Origin: Acidobacteria bacterium Ga0077553
GTDB taxonomy: Bacteria > Acidobacteriota > Terriglobia > Bryobacterales > Bryobacteraceae
Length of the DNA stretch: 64,000 nucleotides
Assembly: GCA_001464575.1 (NCBI GenBank)
Contig: LNFE01000138.1
Span: 5,116-69,115, forward strand
Reading direction: 5' to 3'
The position numbers were made by a program, and so were the translations under genes. The notes under the pieces were generated by a model. It saw nothing but the letters and a program-made list of their open reading frames with translations. It searched no databases and was not told the origin of the DNA. The number at the start of each line of letters is the position of its first letter. Within the stretch, counting starts at the first letter, position 1. Shown here one piece after another: positions 1-8,595 of this stretch.

Positions 1-1
1 C

Positions 2-721
2 CGCCGCCACCTCTGCGCCCACACGAGCGGCGTCGGCGTCAATCGCCCCGGCTGCTTCGCCGAGTACATCGCCCTGCCGATGAGCAACGTCTGGCACCAC
101 GACGAAACCATCAACCGCGACATCGCTGCCATCTTCGATCCCTTTGGCAACGCGGTCCATACGGCTCTCTCCTTCCCCGTGCTCGGGGAAGACGTCCTCA
201 TTACCGGCGCCGGTCCCATTGGCATCATGGCCGCCGCCATTGTTCGCCACGCCGGCGCCCGTCATGTCGTCATCACCGACGTCAACCCCTATCGCCTGGA
301 TCTCGCCCGGAAAATCGGCGTCACCCGGGCCGTCGATACCCGCGAGACGCCCCTCGCCGCCGTCCAGAAAGAACTCGGCATGACCGAGGGCTTCGACGTG
401 GGCCTCGAGATGTCCGGCAACCCCCACGCCTTCCGCGACATGCTGGCCAATATGGCCCACGGCGCCCACATCGCCATGCTTGGCATCCCCGCCGGTGGAG
501 AAATGGCCATCGACTGGAATACCGTCATCTTCAATATGCTCACGATCAAAGGCATCTACGGCCGGGAGATGTATGAGACCTGGTACAAAATGACCGTCAT
601 GATTCAGAGCGGGCTCGACATCTCCTCCGTCATCACCCACCGCTTCCCGTACGCGCAATACGAAGAGGCCTTCGAACTGATGCTGGGCGGCCACACGGGT
701 AAGGTCGTCCTTCATTGGTAA
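2..721 (+). CDS. tdh: L-threonine 3-dehydrogenase (zinc alcohol dehydrogenase family), 3' portion; 5' end outside window
   Basis: The frame is open from base 2 ([26 protein letters not shown] precedes the listed ORF 80..721). It has a Rossmann [11 protein letters not shown] motif and a Tdh-like C-terminus ([15 protein letters not shown]...GKVVLHW). Stop TAA at 719-721. Confidence 0.85.
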   Translation, partial: RRHLCAHTSGVGVNRPGCFAEYIALPMSNVWHHDETINRDIAAIFDPFGNAVHTALSFPVLGEDVLITGAGPIGIMAAAIVRHAGARHVVITDVNPYRLDLARKIGVTRAVDTRETPLAAVQKELGMTEGFDVGLEMSGNPHAFRDMLANMAHGAHIAMLGIPAGGEMAIDWNTVIFNMLTIKGIYGREMYETWYKMTVMIQSGLDISSVITHRFPYAQYEEAFELMLGGHTGKVVLHW

Positions 722-781
722 CGGAAAATTATTCAAACTCTCATCTAAAGCTCCGTGACCTCGTTGCCGATAAAGCAATGA

Positions 782-1099
782 ATGCCGTCCCGCGCCAACT
801 TTGATCTAGAACGCGAAATCGACGCCGAAACCCTACTAAACCAGTTCAATCGGTTAGTGCAGGAACTCTTGCGCGGCAGCATGACGCGCAATACGTTTCG
901 TCCGTGGGAGATCGAGATTCTTCTCGATATCGAAACCTGTCAGCTCAAAGACGGGCAGAAGCGCGAGACGATGCGCCGCTATCAGCGCGCCGTGCAGCGC
1001 CAGATGGAGAAGGGAGCCACCGCGCCCATGAAGCTTTCCGAATACCTCGAAGGGAACCGCTTGAAACGAGAGGGCACCGCAAAATCGTTCTCCGGCTAG
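782..1099 (+). CDS. hypothetical protein (105 aa, charged, helical-looking)
   Basis: ATG ORF filling the tdh-yggX gap, with non-shadow amino-acid composition. No recognisable motif. Confidence 0.45.
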   Translation: MPSRANFDLEREIDAETLLNQFNRLVQELLRGSMTRNTFRPWEIEILLDIETCQLKDGQKRETMRRYQRAVQRQMEKGATAPMKLSEYLEGNRLKREGTAKSFSG

Positions 1100-1143
1100 G
1101 AGCCGGGCAAGCTATCATAAAGATTCACCCTGTGGGAGGATCC

Positions 1144-1446
1144 ATGTCGTCTGCCTCGGACGCTACCGAGCGTACAGTAGTTTGCGTCAAGTTGAAGAAA
1201 GAGCTCCCCGCTCTCAAAGAAGTTCCGTTTGAAGGGCACCCCCTTGGTCAACGGATCTATGACAGCGTTTCCCAGGACGCCTGGAAAATGTGGGTTGAGC
1301 ATATGAAGATGCTCATGAATGAGTACCGCCTGAATCTCGGCACCAAGGAAGCCCAGGAGTTTCTCTTGGAGCAGATGGAGCAGTACTTCTTCGGCACCGG
1401 CGTCAACCTGCCTCCGGGTTTCACTTCCGAAGCCCCGAAACATTAA
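1144..1446 (+). CDS. yggX: YggX-like Fe(2+)-trafficking / oxidative-damage protection protein
   Basis: Internal ATG at 1144 of track ORF 904..1446, preceded by GGGAGGA. The sequence VVCVKLKKELPAL...GQRIYDSVSQDAWKMWVEHMKMLMNEYRLNL...LLEQMEQYFFG aligns with E. coli YggX as I recall it. Confidence 0.8.
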   Translation: MSSASDATERTVVCVKLKKELPALKEVPFEGHPLGQRIYDSVSQDAWKMWVEHMKMLMNEYRLNLGTKEAQEFLLEQMEQYFFGTGVNLPPGFTSEAPKH

Positions 1447-1520
1447 TTCTCCAGTCCACCACCCGCGCGGTGGTGATCCGATCGCCAATTTACCCTGCTC
1501 GTTCGTACAACCCTGATGAC

Positions 1521-1570
1521 GCGGGCATCGGCATTCCCTCACCGGGGACGGCTGCTGCCCGCATTTTTTT
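1521..1570 (+). terminator. putative intrinsic terminator downstream of yggX
   Basis: GCGGGCA (1521-1527) pairs with TGCCCGC (1556-1562), followed by ATTTTTTT (1563-1570). The loop is long (28 nt), so this is only moderate. Confidence 0.4.
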
Positions 1571-1585
1571 GCGCCCGGCCGCCCG

Positions 1586-2983
1586 ATGCTGCTTTCGAGC
1601 TCCACCTACTTCATCTTTCTCGCGGCCCTCTTCCTCCTTTACTGGCCGCTATCGCGGTGGCGCGCCGCCAGCTTGGCCATTCTCCTCTTCGCCAACTACT
1701 TCTTTTATGCGAAGTGGGACCTTTTCTACCTGTTCCTCATCCCGCTGGCCTCCACCTGCGATTTTGCCATTGGTCTGGGCCTCGGCCGTTTTCAGAGTCC
1801 CGCCGGCCGCAAACTCCTCGTTTTTCTCAGCATTCTCCTGAACATCGGTCTCCTCACGGCATTCAAATACATGCCGTTCTTGTTCGAAAACTACGCCCGC
1901 CTCGCCGGCGTCCCCGCCCCCACCTGGCATTGGACCTTCCCCCTGGGCATCTCCTTCTATGCCTTTCAGTCCCTCACCTACACCATCGACCTCTACCGCC
2001 GCGACGCGAAACCCACTCGTTCCCTTCTCGCCCACCTCGCGGCGACCTCTTTCTTCCCCACCACCCTCGCCGGGCCCATCACCCGCGTCGCCGACCTCGT
2101 CAAGCAGTTCGAACGTCCCAATAAACAGCTCGACCCCGCCGACGGCAGCCGCGCCTTGTTCCTCATTGGCCTCGGCCTGCTGAAAAAACTCTTGATCGCC
2201 GACTATCTCGCCGAAAATCTCGTCAACCGCGTCTTCGATTTCCCCGGCCTCTACTCCTCCGCCGAGGTTCTCGTCGGCGTCTACGCCTACGCCCTCCAGC
2301 TCTATTACGACTTCTCCGGCTACACCGATGTCGCCATCGGTTCCGCCCTCCTGCTCGGGATTAAGCTGCCCCAGAACTTCAACATGCCCTACGCTGCCGC
2401 CAACATCAACGATTTCTGGCGCCGCTGGCACATCTCTCTCTCCAACTGGCTCCGCGACTATCTCTTCTTCTCGCTCCCCGGCAAGCGCAACGCCGTCATG
2501 CCGTACATCAACCTCATTGTGACGATGACCCTCGGCGGCCTCTGGCACGGAGCCAGTTGGAACTTCGTCATTTGGGGCGTCCTCCACGGCGTAGCCCAAG
2601 CCATCGCCCGCGGATGGCAATCCTGGCGCGGTCCCAAGGCCGCCCCGTGGACGCCCGGTTGGTTCCGTACGTTCTGGACCGTCCAGTTCGTCTGCTTCGC
2701 CTGGATCTTCTTCCGCGCCACCAATCTCGAACAGGCGGGCAAGATCATCGAGCAACTCGGCGAACTCTCCTACGCCACCACGAACGTCTCCGGCCCGCTC
2801 TGGGTCGTTCTCGCGATTGCCGTCGCCGGCCACTATCTGCCGAAAGTCCCCTTCGAAAAGCTCCGCGAAGGCTTCGTGCGCGCTCCGTTTTTCGTCCAAG
2901 CCCTGGTTTTGATGGCGTTGATCGTCGCCATTCAATACATTGCCGCGACAGGCGCCGCCCCGTTTATCTACACTAATTTCTAA
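1586..2983 (+). CDS. MBOAT-family membrane O-acyltransferase (AlgI/DltB-like)
   Basis: 465-aa polytopic protein with the FWRRWHISLSNWLRDYLF motif (His codon near 2429) typical of AlgI/DltB MBOATs. Confidence 0.9.
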   Translation: MLLSSSTYFIFLAALFLLYWPLSRWRAASLAILLFANYFFYAKWDLFYLFLIPLASTCDFAIGLGLGRFQSPAGRKLLVFLSILLNIGLLTAFKYMPFLFENYARLAGVPAPTWHWTFPLGISFYAFQSLTYTIDLYRRDAKPTRSLLAHLAATSFFPTTLAGPITRVADLVKQFERPNKQLDPADGSRALFLIGLGLLKKLLIADYLAENLVNRVFDFPGLYSSAEVLVGVYAYALQLYYDFSGYTDVAIGSALLLGIKLPQNFNMPYAAANINDFWRRWHISLSNWLRDYLFFSLPGKRNAVMPYINLIVTMTLGGLWHGASWNFVIWGVLHGVAQAIARGWQSWRGPKAAPWTPGWFRTFWTVQFVCFAWIFFRATNLEQAGKIIEQLGELSYATTNVSGPLWVVLAIAVAGHYLPKVPFEKLREGFVRAPFFVQALVLMALIVAIQYIAATGAAPFIYTNF

Positions 2984-2986
2984 GCA

Positions 2987-4372
2987 GTGCCCCTTCCCCG
3001 CAAAGTCACGTTCACGCTTCTCTCGCTCGCGCTGATGGTCACGGCGCCCGACCTGATCCCCGCGCTCAAGGATTACCACGTCTTTGACTGGGCCTCCGTC
3101 GCGAAAGTCGCCGAGTTCGAGCCGCGCGTGCGCAGTGCGAACCCGGTCGAGGAAGAACAACAGCGCCTCAAGCCCGTCATCTCGGTGGAAAAGACCCCAG
3201 TCCGCCCCCTGGTCGATCCCAAAGGCGCTCTCGAACCTCTGTACGCCGCCCTCTTTGCGACCGAACGGAAGGAGGCGGGCGCCATCACCCGCATTCTCCA
3301 TTACGGTGACTCGCCCACGACGGCCGATCTAATTACGGCCGATGTCCGCTCCCTGTTTCAGAAAGATTTTGGTGACGCCGGCCACGGTTTCGCCCTCGTG
3401 GCCAAGCCGTGGGCCTGGTATGCCCACCGAGGGCTTGAAATCAAAGGCTCCGGCTGGAAGATTGAGCCCGCAAACACCGCCGAACTCAAGGACGGGCTGT
3501 ATGGCCTCGGCGCAGTCTCCTTCCGCGGCGGCGCGGGAGCCCAGTCCCGGATCGTCTTGAAGGATCCCACCCACTCGGAAGTCGAGGTTTCTTTCCTTTC
3601 TCAACCCGGTGGTGGCTCTTTCGGGGTCTTTGCCGACGAAAACCCGCTCGAAATCGTCGAGACGGAGTCCCCGGTGGTCACCCCCTCGTTCAAGAAGCTG
3701 AAGCTCCCTGGCGGCGCTCGCGAGGTCCGCATCGCCAACGTCACGGGCAAAGTCCGGCTGTACGGTCTTCGCTTCGGCAAGGATGCCGCGGGCGTCGAAT
3801 ACAACTCCCTCGGGGTCAATGGAGCGTATATCTCGATCCTCGCCCGCATGGTGGATGAACAGCATTGGGCCGAACAGCTGCAGCATCACCGGCCGAATCT
3901 CGTCATCATCAATTACGGCACCAACGAAAGCGTCTACGCCAAATTCGTCGACACCGCCTTTGAACGGGAACTCCTCCGTACCATTGGCCGCGTCAAAAAG
4001 GCGGTTCCCCAGGCGGCCATTCTGATCATGTCGCCCATGGATCGCGGTCAGAAAATGGAGGACGGCTCCATCGGCACCGTGCCCGCGCTCTCTCGTCTCG
4101 TCGCGATCGAGCAACGCGTCGCCGCCGAGCAGGGCTGCGCCTTCTTCAATACGTTTGAAGCCATGGGCGGCCCGGGCACCATGGGCCGCTGGTACCAAAC
4201 GGAGCCCCGCCTCGTCGGCGCGGACTTCATCCACCCGATGCCCAACGGCGCTCGCATCGTCGGCAACCTGCTGTACAAGTCTCTCCAGGAAGGCTACCGC
4301 CGGCACAAGCTTCGCATCGCGCAGGAGAAGTTTGCGACAATTAAGGGGTCCAATCCCACCCCGGCGAACTGA
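2987..4372 (+). CDS. membrane-anchored SGNH/GDSL-type hydrolase or acyltransferase (DltD/AlgJ-like), copy 1
   Basis: GTG start 4 nt after the MBOAT stop, with an N-terminal hydrophobic anchor. SGNH blocks: ILHYGDSPT (Ser 3311-3313), IINYGTNES, and GADFIHP near the C-terminus. Confidence 0.8.
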   Translation: MPLPRKVTFTLLSLALMVTAPDLIPALKDYHVFDWASVAKVAEFEPRVRSANPVEEEQQRLKPVISVEKTPVRPLVDPKGALEPLYAALFATERKEAGAITRILHYGDSPTTADLITADVRSLFQKDFGDAGHGFALVAKPWAWYAHRGLEIKGSGWKIEPANTAELKDGLYGLGAVSFRGGAGAQSRIVLKDPTHSEVEVSFLSQPGGGSFGVFADENPLEIVETESPVVTPSFKKLKLPGGAREVRIANVTGKVRLYGLRFGKDAAGVEYNSLGVNGAYISILARMVDEQHWAEQLQHHRPNLVIINYGTNESVYAKFVDTAFERELLRTIGRVKKAVPQAAILIMSPMDRGQKMEDGSIGTVPALSRLVAIEQRVAAEQGCAFFNTFEAMGGPGTMGRWYQTEPRLVGADFIHPMPNGARIVGNLLYKSLQEGYRRHKLRIAQEKFATIKGSNPTPAN

Positions 4373-4376
4373 ACCA

Positions 4377-5801
4377 TTGAATCGATTTCTTGTTGCCGCG
4401 ACCATCATCTGTGCCTTGTTGGGAAGCGTGTCTTTCGGAGCCCCGGCCAGAAAGAAGCCGGTCGTCAAGAAAAAGACCACCTCAATCAAACGGCCCGTCA
4501 AGACGGCCGCGAAAAGGACCACCCGCCGTCGCCCCGCGGTGGCTCGCGCCGCTCCGGTGGCCCCCCAGGTCCGGCAAGCCGCCAGCACCGCTGTCTCGGA
4601 GTGGCTGAACCAGCCGGGCACGATTGAAAATCCGGCGGCGCTCGTTCCCTTTCTCGAACAGCTATATCGTCTTGAAAGCGGCACCAGCAAGGACGTTTTG
4701 CGCGTGCTCCACTACGGAGACTCACATACCGCCTCCGATGATTGGTCCGGCACCACCCGCTATCTGATGCAGGCCCGTTTCGGCGACGGCGGCCCCGGCT
4801 TCACCCACGCCGGCCGCCCTTACCTGGGCTACCGCCGGCTTGACGTCAAATCCTGGTCCACCAACGCGTGGTACACCGATGGGCTGGTTGGCCGCGAGGG
4901 CGATGGCATGTACGGCGTGTCCGGCATTTCCATGTCCACCAAGCGTGCCGGCGAATCGGTCACCCTCCAGGCGGATTGCGCCTCCGCCGAACTCCATTTC
5001 CTGCGGCAGCCCGGGGGCGGGCTGGTCGAAATCTCCGATAACGGCATCGTCGTCGAAACCATCTCGACGGCCGGGGAGCCCGGCGCGGGCGTCTATCCGC
5101 TCCGCCTCCAGCCTGGCCTGCACCAGTTGGCCGCCCGGACCCGCGGCGGCGGCCAGGTTCGTCTCTTTGGCTGGGTCACCGAAAACGGCCGCGGCCTTAC
5201 CTACGACATGCTCGGCATGAACGGCGCCCAAGCCAACATCGGCCTGAAATGGGAAGAGACCGTCCTCGCCGACTACTACCGTCGCCGCCCCCCCGGCCTC
5301 ATCATCCTCGCCTACGGCACCAACGAAGCCCGCAATAAGGATTGGACCCACGAGTCGTATCGCGACATGTTCATCCAACTGCTCTCCCGCTTCCGCCGTC
5401 TCGCCCCCACCGCCTCCATCCTCGTCATCGGCCCGCCCGATCACTTCTACCGCTACTCCACTGGCATGGCCTCCCACCAAAAGATCGACCTGATTCTTGA
5501 AGCCCAGCGCGAGGCCGCCCATGCCAGTGGCGTCGCCTTCTGGGATCTGCGGGAGCGCATGGGTGGCAAAGGCGCCATGGGCCGCTGGGTCGCCGCCGGC
5601 ATGGCGCAGGGAGATTATGTGCATTTTACGGGCGAAGGCTACCGCCTTTTAGGCGCGGCATTGTATAAGGAATTGATGGGTCAATACGCAACTTATGTCA
5701 GGGTGCGGAATGAAGCCCTCCCAGCCCAAACCGCGCGAGATTCCACAGTTCTCCCCACGGCAGCGAAGATCATCAATGGACAAACGAACGAAAATCAATG
5801 A
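4377..5801 (+). CDS. membrane-anchored SGNH/GDSL-type hydrolase or acyltransferase (DltD/AlgJ-like), copy 2
   Basis: In-frame TTG at 4377, 5 nt after the copy-1 stop; the track's ATG at 4155 would overlap copy 1 by 218 nt. It has a hydrophobic anchor followed by a Lys/Arg-rich linker. SGNH blocks: VLHYGDSHT (Ser 4722-4724), ILAYGTNEA, GDYVHFT. Confidence 0.75.
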   Translation: MNRFLVAATIICALLGSVSFGAPARKKPVVKKKTTSIKRPVKTAAKRTTRRRPAVARAAPVAPQVRQAASTAVSEWLNQPGTIENPAALVPFLEQLYRLESGTSKDVLRVLHYGDSHTASDDWSGTTRYLMQARFGDGGPGFTHAGRPYLGYRRLDVKSWSTNAWYTDGLVGREGDGMYGVSGISMSTKRAGESVTLQADCASAELHFLRQPGGGLVEISDNGIVVETISTAGEPGAGVYPLRLQPGLHQLAARTRGGGQVRLFGWVTENGRGLTYDMLGMNGAQANIGLKWEETVLADYYRRRPPGLIILAYGTNEARNKDWTHESYRDMFIQLLSRFRRLAPTASILVIGPPDHFYRYSTGMASHQKIDLILEAQREAAHASGVAFWDLRERMGGKGAMGRWVAAGMAQGDYVHFTGEGYRLLGAALYKELMGQYATYVRVRNEALPAQTARDSTVLPTAAKIINGQTNENQ

Positions 5802-6012
5802 GATCCTGAACGGGATCGCTGGCAAGACGATCGCTCCGGCCGACGACGAATCGCTCTTCGATTCCGGCCTCCTCGACTCGTTCGCTTTGGCCGACCTCGT
5901 CTCGGCCCTCGAAAAGGCGTTTGAACTCAAGATCCCGGATGCCGATCTCAACCCGCGGAAGTTCGATTCGATCGAACGGATTGAGTCCTACCTCGAAGCC
6001 CACGGGAAATAA
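5776..6012 (+). CDS. DltC-like acyl/peptidyl carrier protein (78 aa)
   Basis: ATG at 5776 inside track ORF 5695..6012, overlapping the preceding gene by 26 nt. It is acidic and ACP-sized. The LFDSGLLDSFALADLVSALE serine (5878-5880) matches the phosphopantetheine site of DltC (EEGLLDSFGTVELL). Confidence 0.75.
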   Translation: MDKRTKINEILNGIAGKTIAPADDESLFDSGLLDSFALADLVSALEKAFELKIPDADLNPRKFDSIERIESYLEAHGK

Positions 6013-6017
6013 CGTCT

Positions 6018-6944
6018 TTGCCTTTCCTCCGCGAATTTGCCGCCTACCTGCCCGAGCGGGTCGTCTCCAACGCAGAGATTGGCTCGCAAGTCGGCTGTGA
6101 TGCCGAATGGATCAAGAATGTGAGCGGCATCGAGCAGCGCCGCTTCGCCGGTGATGACGAATCCGTCGCCGACTTGGCCCTGCGCGCCGCCCAGGCTTGT
6201 CTCGATAAAGCCAAGCTCTCCGCTTCCGCCCTCGGCATGATCATGATCGCCAGCGGCAGCACGGAGCGCCATTTCCCCGGCCCCGCCGCCACCGTGGCCC
6301 ATCGGCTGGGTCTCGATGCCACCCCCGCTCTGGACGTACCCATGGCCAGCGCCGGTACGCTCTACGCCATGGCGCTCGCCTCCCGCCTCTGCGACAGCAT
6401 CGGCGAAATCCTCGTCATCGGCGCCGAAAAGATGTCCAGCGTCGTCCTGCGGCCTCCCATGGAACGCGGCGTCGCCATTCTGTTTGGCGACGGCGCCGGC
6501 GCCTGCCTCGTCAGTCCTACCGAAGGCAAGGCGCGCGTCCTCGGCAGCAGCCTCCACACCGACGGGGCCTTCGCCGAAGACCTGAAACTCGGCTTTGACC
6601 GGCCTCTCGAAATGAACGGCCGCTCCGTCATCCTGCAAGCCTCCCGCAAAGTGCCCCGCGCCATCAGCGAACTCCTCGACCGCCACGGCCGCAAAGCCTC
6701 CGACGTCGGTACCTTTCTGATGCATCAGGCTAACCAGAACCTGATCGATCGCGTTGCCCAAGCCCTCGAAGTTCCCGCGGACCGCTTCTATTCGAACATC
6801 GCCCGTTACGGCAACACCAGCTCCGCCAGCATGTTGATCGCCGCCGCCGAGTGGGCGGAGTCCGGTTGGCCCGCCGGCGAGTCCGTTTGCTTCACTGCCT
6901 TCGGCGCCGGCTTCCATTGGGGCGCGCTGCTGGCCGAAGCATAG
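6018..6944 (+). CDS. KAS III (FabH)-fold enzyme with Ser replacing the active-site Cys; probable acyltransferase
   Basis: TTG start 5 nt after the carrier gene. It aligns with E. coli FabH along its full length. His (LMHQANQNL) and Asn (RYGNTSSAS) are conserved, but AAACAGF is replaced by PMASAGT (Ser111, AGC 6348-6350). Confidence 0.85.
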   Translation: MPFLREFAAYLPERVVSNAEIGSQVGCDAEWIKNVSGIEQRRFAGDDESVADLALRAAQACLDKAKLSASALGMIMIASGSTERHFPGPAATVAHRLGLDATPALDVPMASAGTLYAMALASRLCDSIGEILVIGAEKMSSVVLRPPMERGVAILFGDGAGACLVSPTEGKARVLGSSLHTDGAFAEDLKLGFDRPLEMNGRSVILQASRKVPRAISELLDRHGRKASDVGTFLMHQANQNLIDRVAQALEVPADRFYSNIARYGNTSSASMLIAAAEWAESGWPAGESVCFTAFGAGFHWGALLAEA

Positions 6945-7020
6945 CCCTCGACGGAATAGACAGTTCCAGAACTCCCCGCCCCTCGTCCTACGCAGACGCG
7001 GATGGTTTTCTGGAGTTTCC

Positions 7021-8595
7021 ATGCTCTTCCTGCTCGCCTTGGCCGAAGTTCTGTACTGGGACACTGATGTCCAGCTCTCCGGCCAGTTGACCCATAGCGT
7101 CCGTATCCAACTTACCTCCGCCGCTGACCTCCACTCCCACGGCGTGGTTACGCTCCCCTATTCCCCCCGCCGCGGTCAAACCATCATCGACCTCCGTGCC
7201 GCCACCGTTCTCCCCAACGGCCAGCGCATCCCCGTCCCCGCCGCCGCCATCTTCGATACTGTCACCTGGCAGCGCGGCGACCGCCAGGACCGCACCCTCT
7301 CCTGGGCCTTCTCTGCTCTCGAGCCCGGCGCCATCGTCGAATACGAATACACCGAGTGCTTCGCTTACGGCCTACCCCTGCCGCTACGCATCCCGCTCCA
7401 GCGCGAACTCCCCGTCCGCTCCCGCGAAGTCACCGTCCCGCCCGGCCTCGTCGCCCACGATCTCCGCTGCACCAACTGCCGTACCAACCTCCCGGCCTAT
7501 CGCGAAGAGCCCGACGCCCCCGGCCCCGCCGTCGTCGAACTCACCGCGCCCGCCGAAACCTCCTGGAACACCCTCGCCCGCGAACTCGCCGCCCAGTTCG
7601 AAGCCGAACTCGGCCCCGTGCCCGCGCCGGATGCCGGAGACCTCGAGACCCTCGCCGAACTCTGCCGCACCCGCATTCAGAACGTCCTCTACCGCACCGA
7701 CAACCTCACTGTCCGCGGCACCCCTCAACCCAATCGCTACCCCGCCGAAACCTGGCAACGCGGCTACGGCACCCCCCACGAAATCAACCTTCTCTTCGCC
7801 GCCCTTGCCCGCGCCGCCGGCTACGAAGTCTCCTACGCCCGCGTCGTCAACCGCCCCGACCTGGCCGACCCCTCCCAACTGGCAAGCGAACTCATCGCCG
7901 TCCACCAGCCCCACGGCTACGCCTTCTTCAACCCAGGCGTGCCTTACCTCGGCCCCGGCCTCCTCGATTTCGACGAAGAGGGCCGCACCGCTCTGGTCGC
8001 CACCGCCAATGGCGCCGAGTTCATCACGCTGCCCCGCTCCTCCGCCTCGCAGAACCGCACAGAACGCCGAGCCCTCCTCCACGCCCAGCCGGACGGCAGC
8101 GTCCGTGGCACCGTCACTCTCACCTTCACCGGCCACGCCGCTGCCCTCCGCAAGCGCCGCGCCGAACGCCTATCCCCGGCCGAACGCCTCGCCGCCCTTC
8201 GCCAGGAGTTCCCCGGCACCGAACTCGACAACATCGTCATCGAGAACTTGGCCCTTCCCGCCGCTCCGGTACGCATAACGTTTCAGGTAGCCGTTCCGAA
8301 CTATGCTGACCGTTCTCCTCGCCGCCTGTTTTTCCCCGGCCGGTTCTTCGCCCGCTTCGCGTCCCCCCGCTTCCCAGACCCGGAACGAACCCAGCCCGTC
8401 GAGTTCCCTTTTGCCTTCTCCGTCCACGACGCGGTCACCTTCGTCGCCCCCTCCGGCGTGCAACGCCAGTTCACCCGCGAACTCCGTCAGGATCAGCTCC
8501 GCTTCTCCCCCGCCGAATACCCCGAGCTGCGCCGAAAATGGGCCACTTTCGAAGACGCCGAGCGAGAAGTTTTTCCCATGGAGCGACTTCACTAG
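7021..8595 (+). CDS. DUF3857/transglutaminase-like protein, predicted catalytically inactive paralog
   Basis: 524 aa and a paralog of the next gene. The transglutaminase-core-like segment RGYGTPHEINLLFAALARAAGYEV has Pro (7774-7776) where the neighbour has Cys. Confidence 0.65.
   Translation: MLFLLALAEVLYWDTDVQLSGQLTHSVRIQLTSAADLHSHGVVTLPYSPRRGQTIIDLRAATVLPNGQRIPVPAAAIFDTVTWQRGDRQDRTLSWAFSALEPGAIVEYEYTECFAYGLPLPLRIPLQRELPVRSREVTVPPGLVAHDLRCTNCRTNLPAYREEPDAPGPAVVELTAPAETSWNTLARELAAQFEAELGPVPAPDAGDLETLAELCRTRIQNVLYRTDNLTVRGTPQPNRYPAETWQRGYGTPHEINLLFAALARAAGYEVSYARVVNRPDLADPSQLASELIAVHQPHGYAFFNPGVPYLGPGLLDFDEEGRTALVATANGAEFITLPRSSASQNRTERRALLHAQPDGSVRGTVTLTFTGHAAALRKRRAERLSPAERLAALRQEFPGTELDNIVIENLALPAAPVRITFQVAVPNYADRSPRRLFFPGRFFARFASPRFPDPERTQPVEFPFAFSVHDAVTFVAPSGVQRQFTRELRQDQLRFSPAEYPELRRKWATFEDAEREVFPMERLH

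Noticed and set aside
1453-1472. Hairpin CACCACC-cgcgc-GGTGGTG just after the yggX stop as a terminator.
   Set aside because: The stem is only 7 bp with no following T-tract. The downstream 1521-1570 element with T7 is a better, though still tentative, terminator candidate.
1649-3301. 550-aa minus-strand ORF antisense to the MBOAT and SGNH genes. Similar long antisense or alternate-frame ORFs occur at 3329..4690, 5988..7064, 13630..14844, 17280..18293, 21998..23323, 27439..28461, 42761..44290 and 55052..56683.
   Set aside because: Their composition is dominated by Gly, Ala, Arg, Glu, Asp and Pro, with no motifs. Each lies opposite or overlapping an ORF with clear family signatures. They are classic high-GC shadow ORFs.
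4155-4376. Upstream extension of the second SGNH gene to ATG 4155. Analogous extensions occur at 904..1143, 5695..5775, 39832..40338, 45577..45813, 48709..48843 and 51344..52000.
   Set aside because: Each extension overlaps the preceding well-supported gene and has shadow-like composition. An internal start just after the neighbour's stop gives a sensible N-terminus (signal peptide or conserved motif).
7196-8309. Two same-strand alternate-frame ORFs (360 and 317 aa) overlapping the 7021..8595 gene.
   Set aside because: They are extremely Pro/Ser/Ala- or Arg/Pro-rich low-complexity translations. The 7021 frame has the DUF3857/transglutaminase-like features and a paralog next door.
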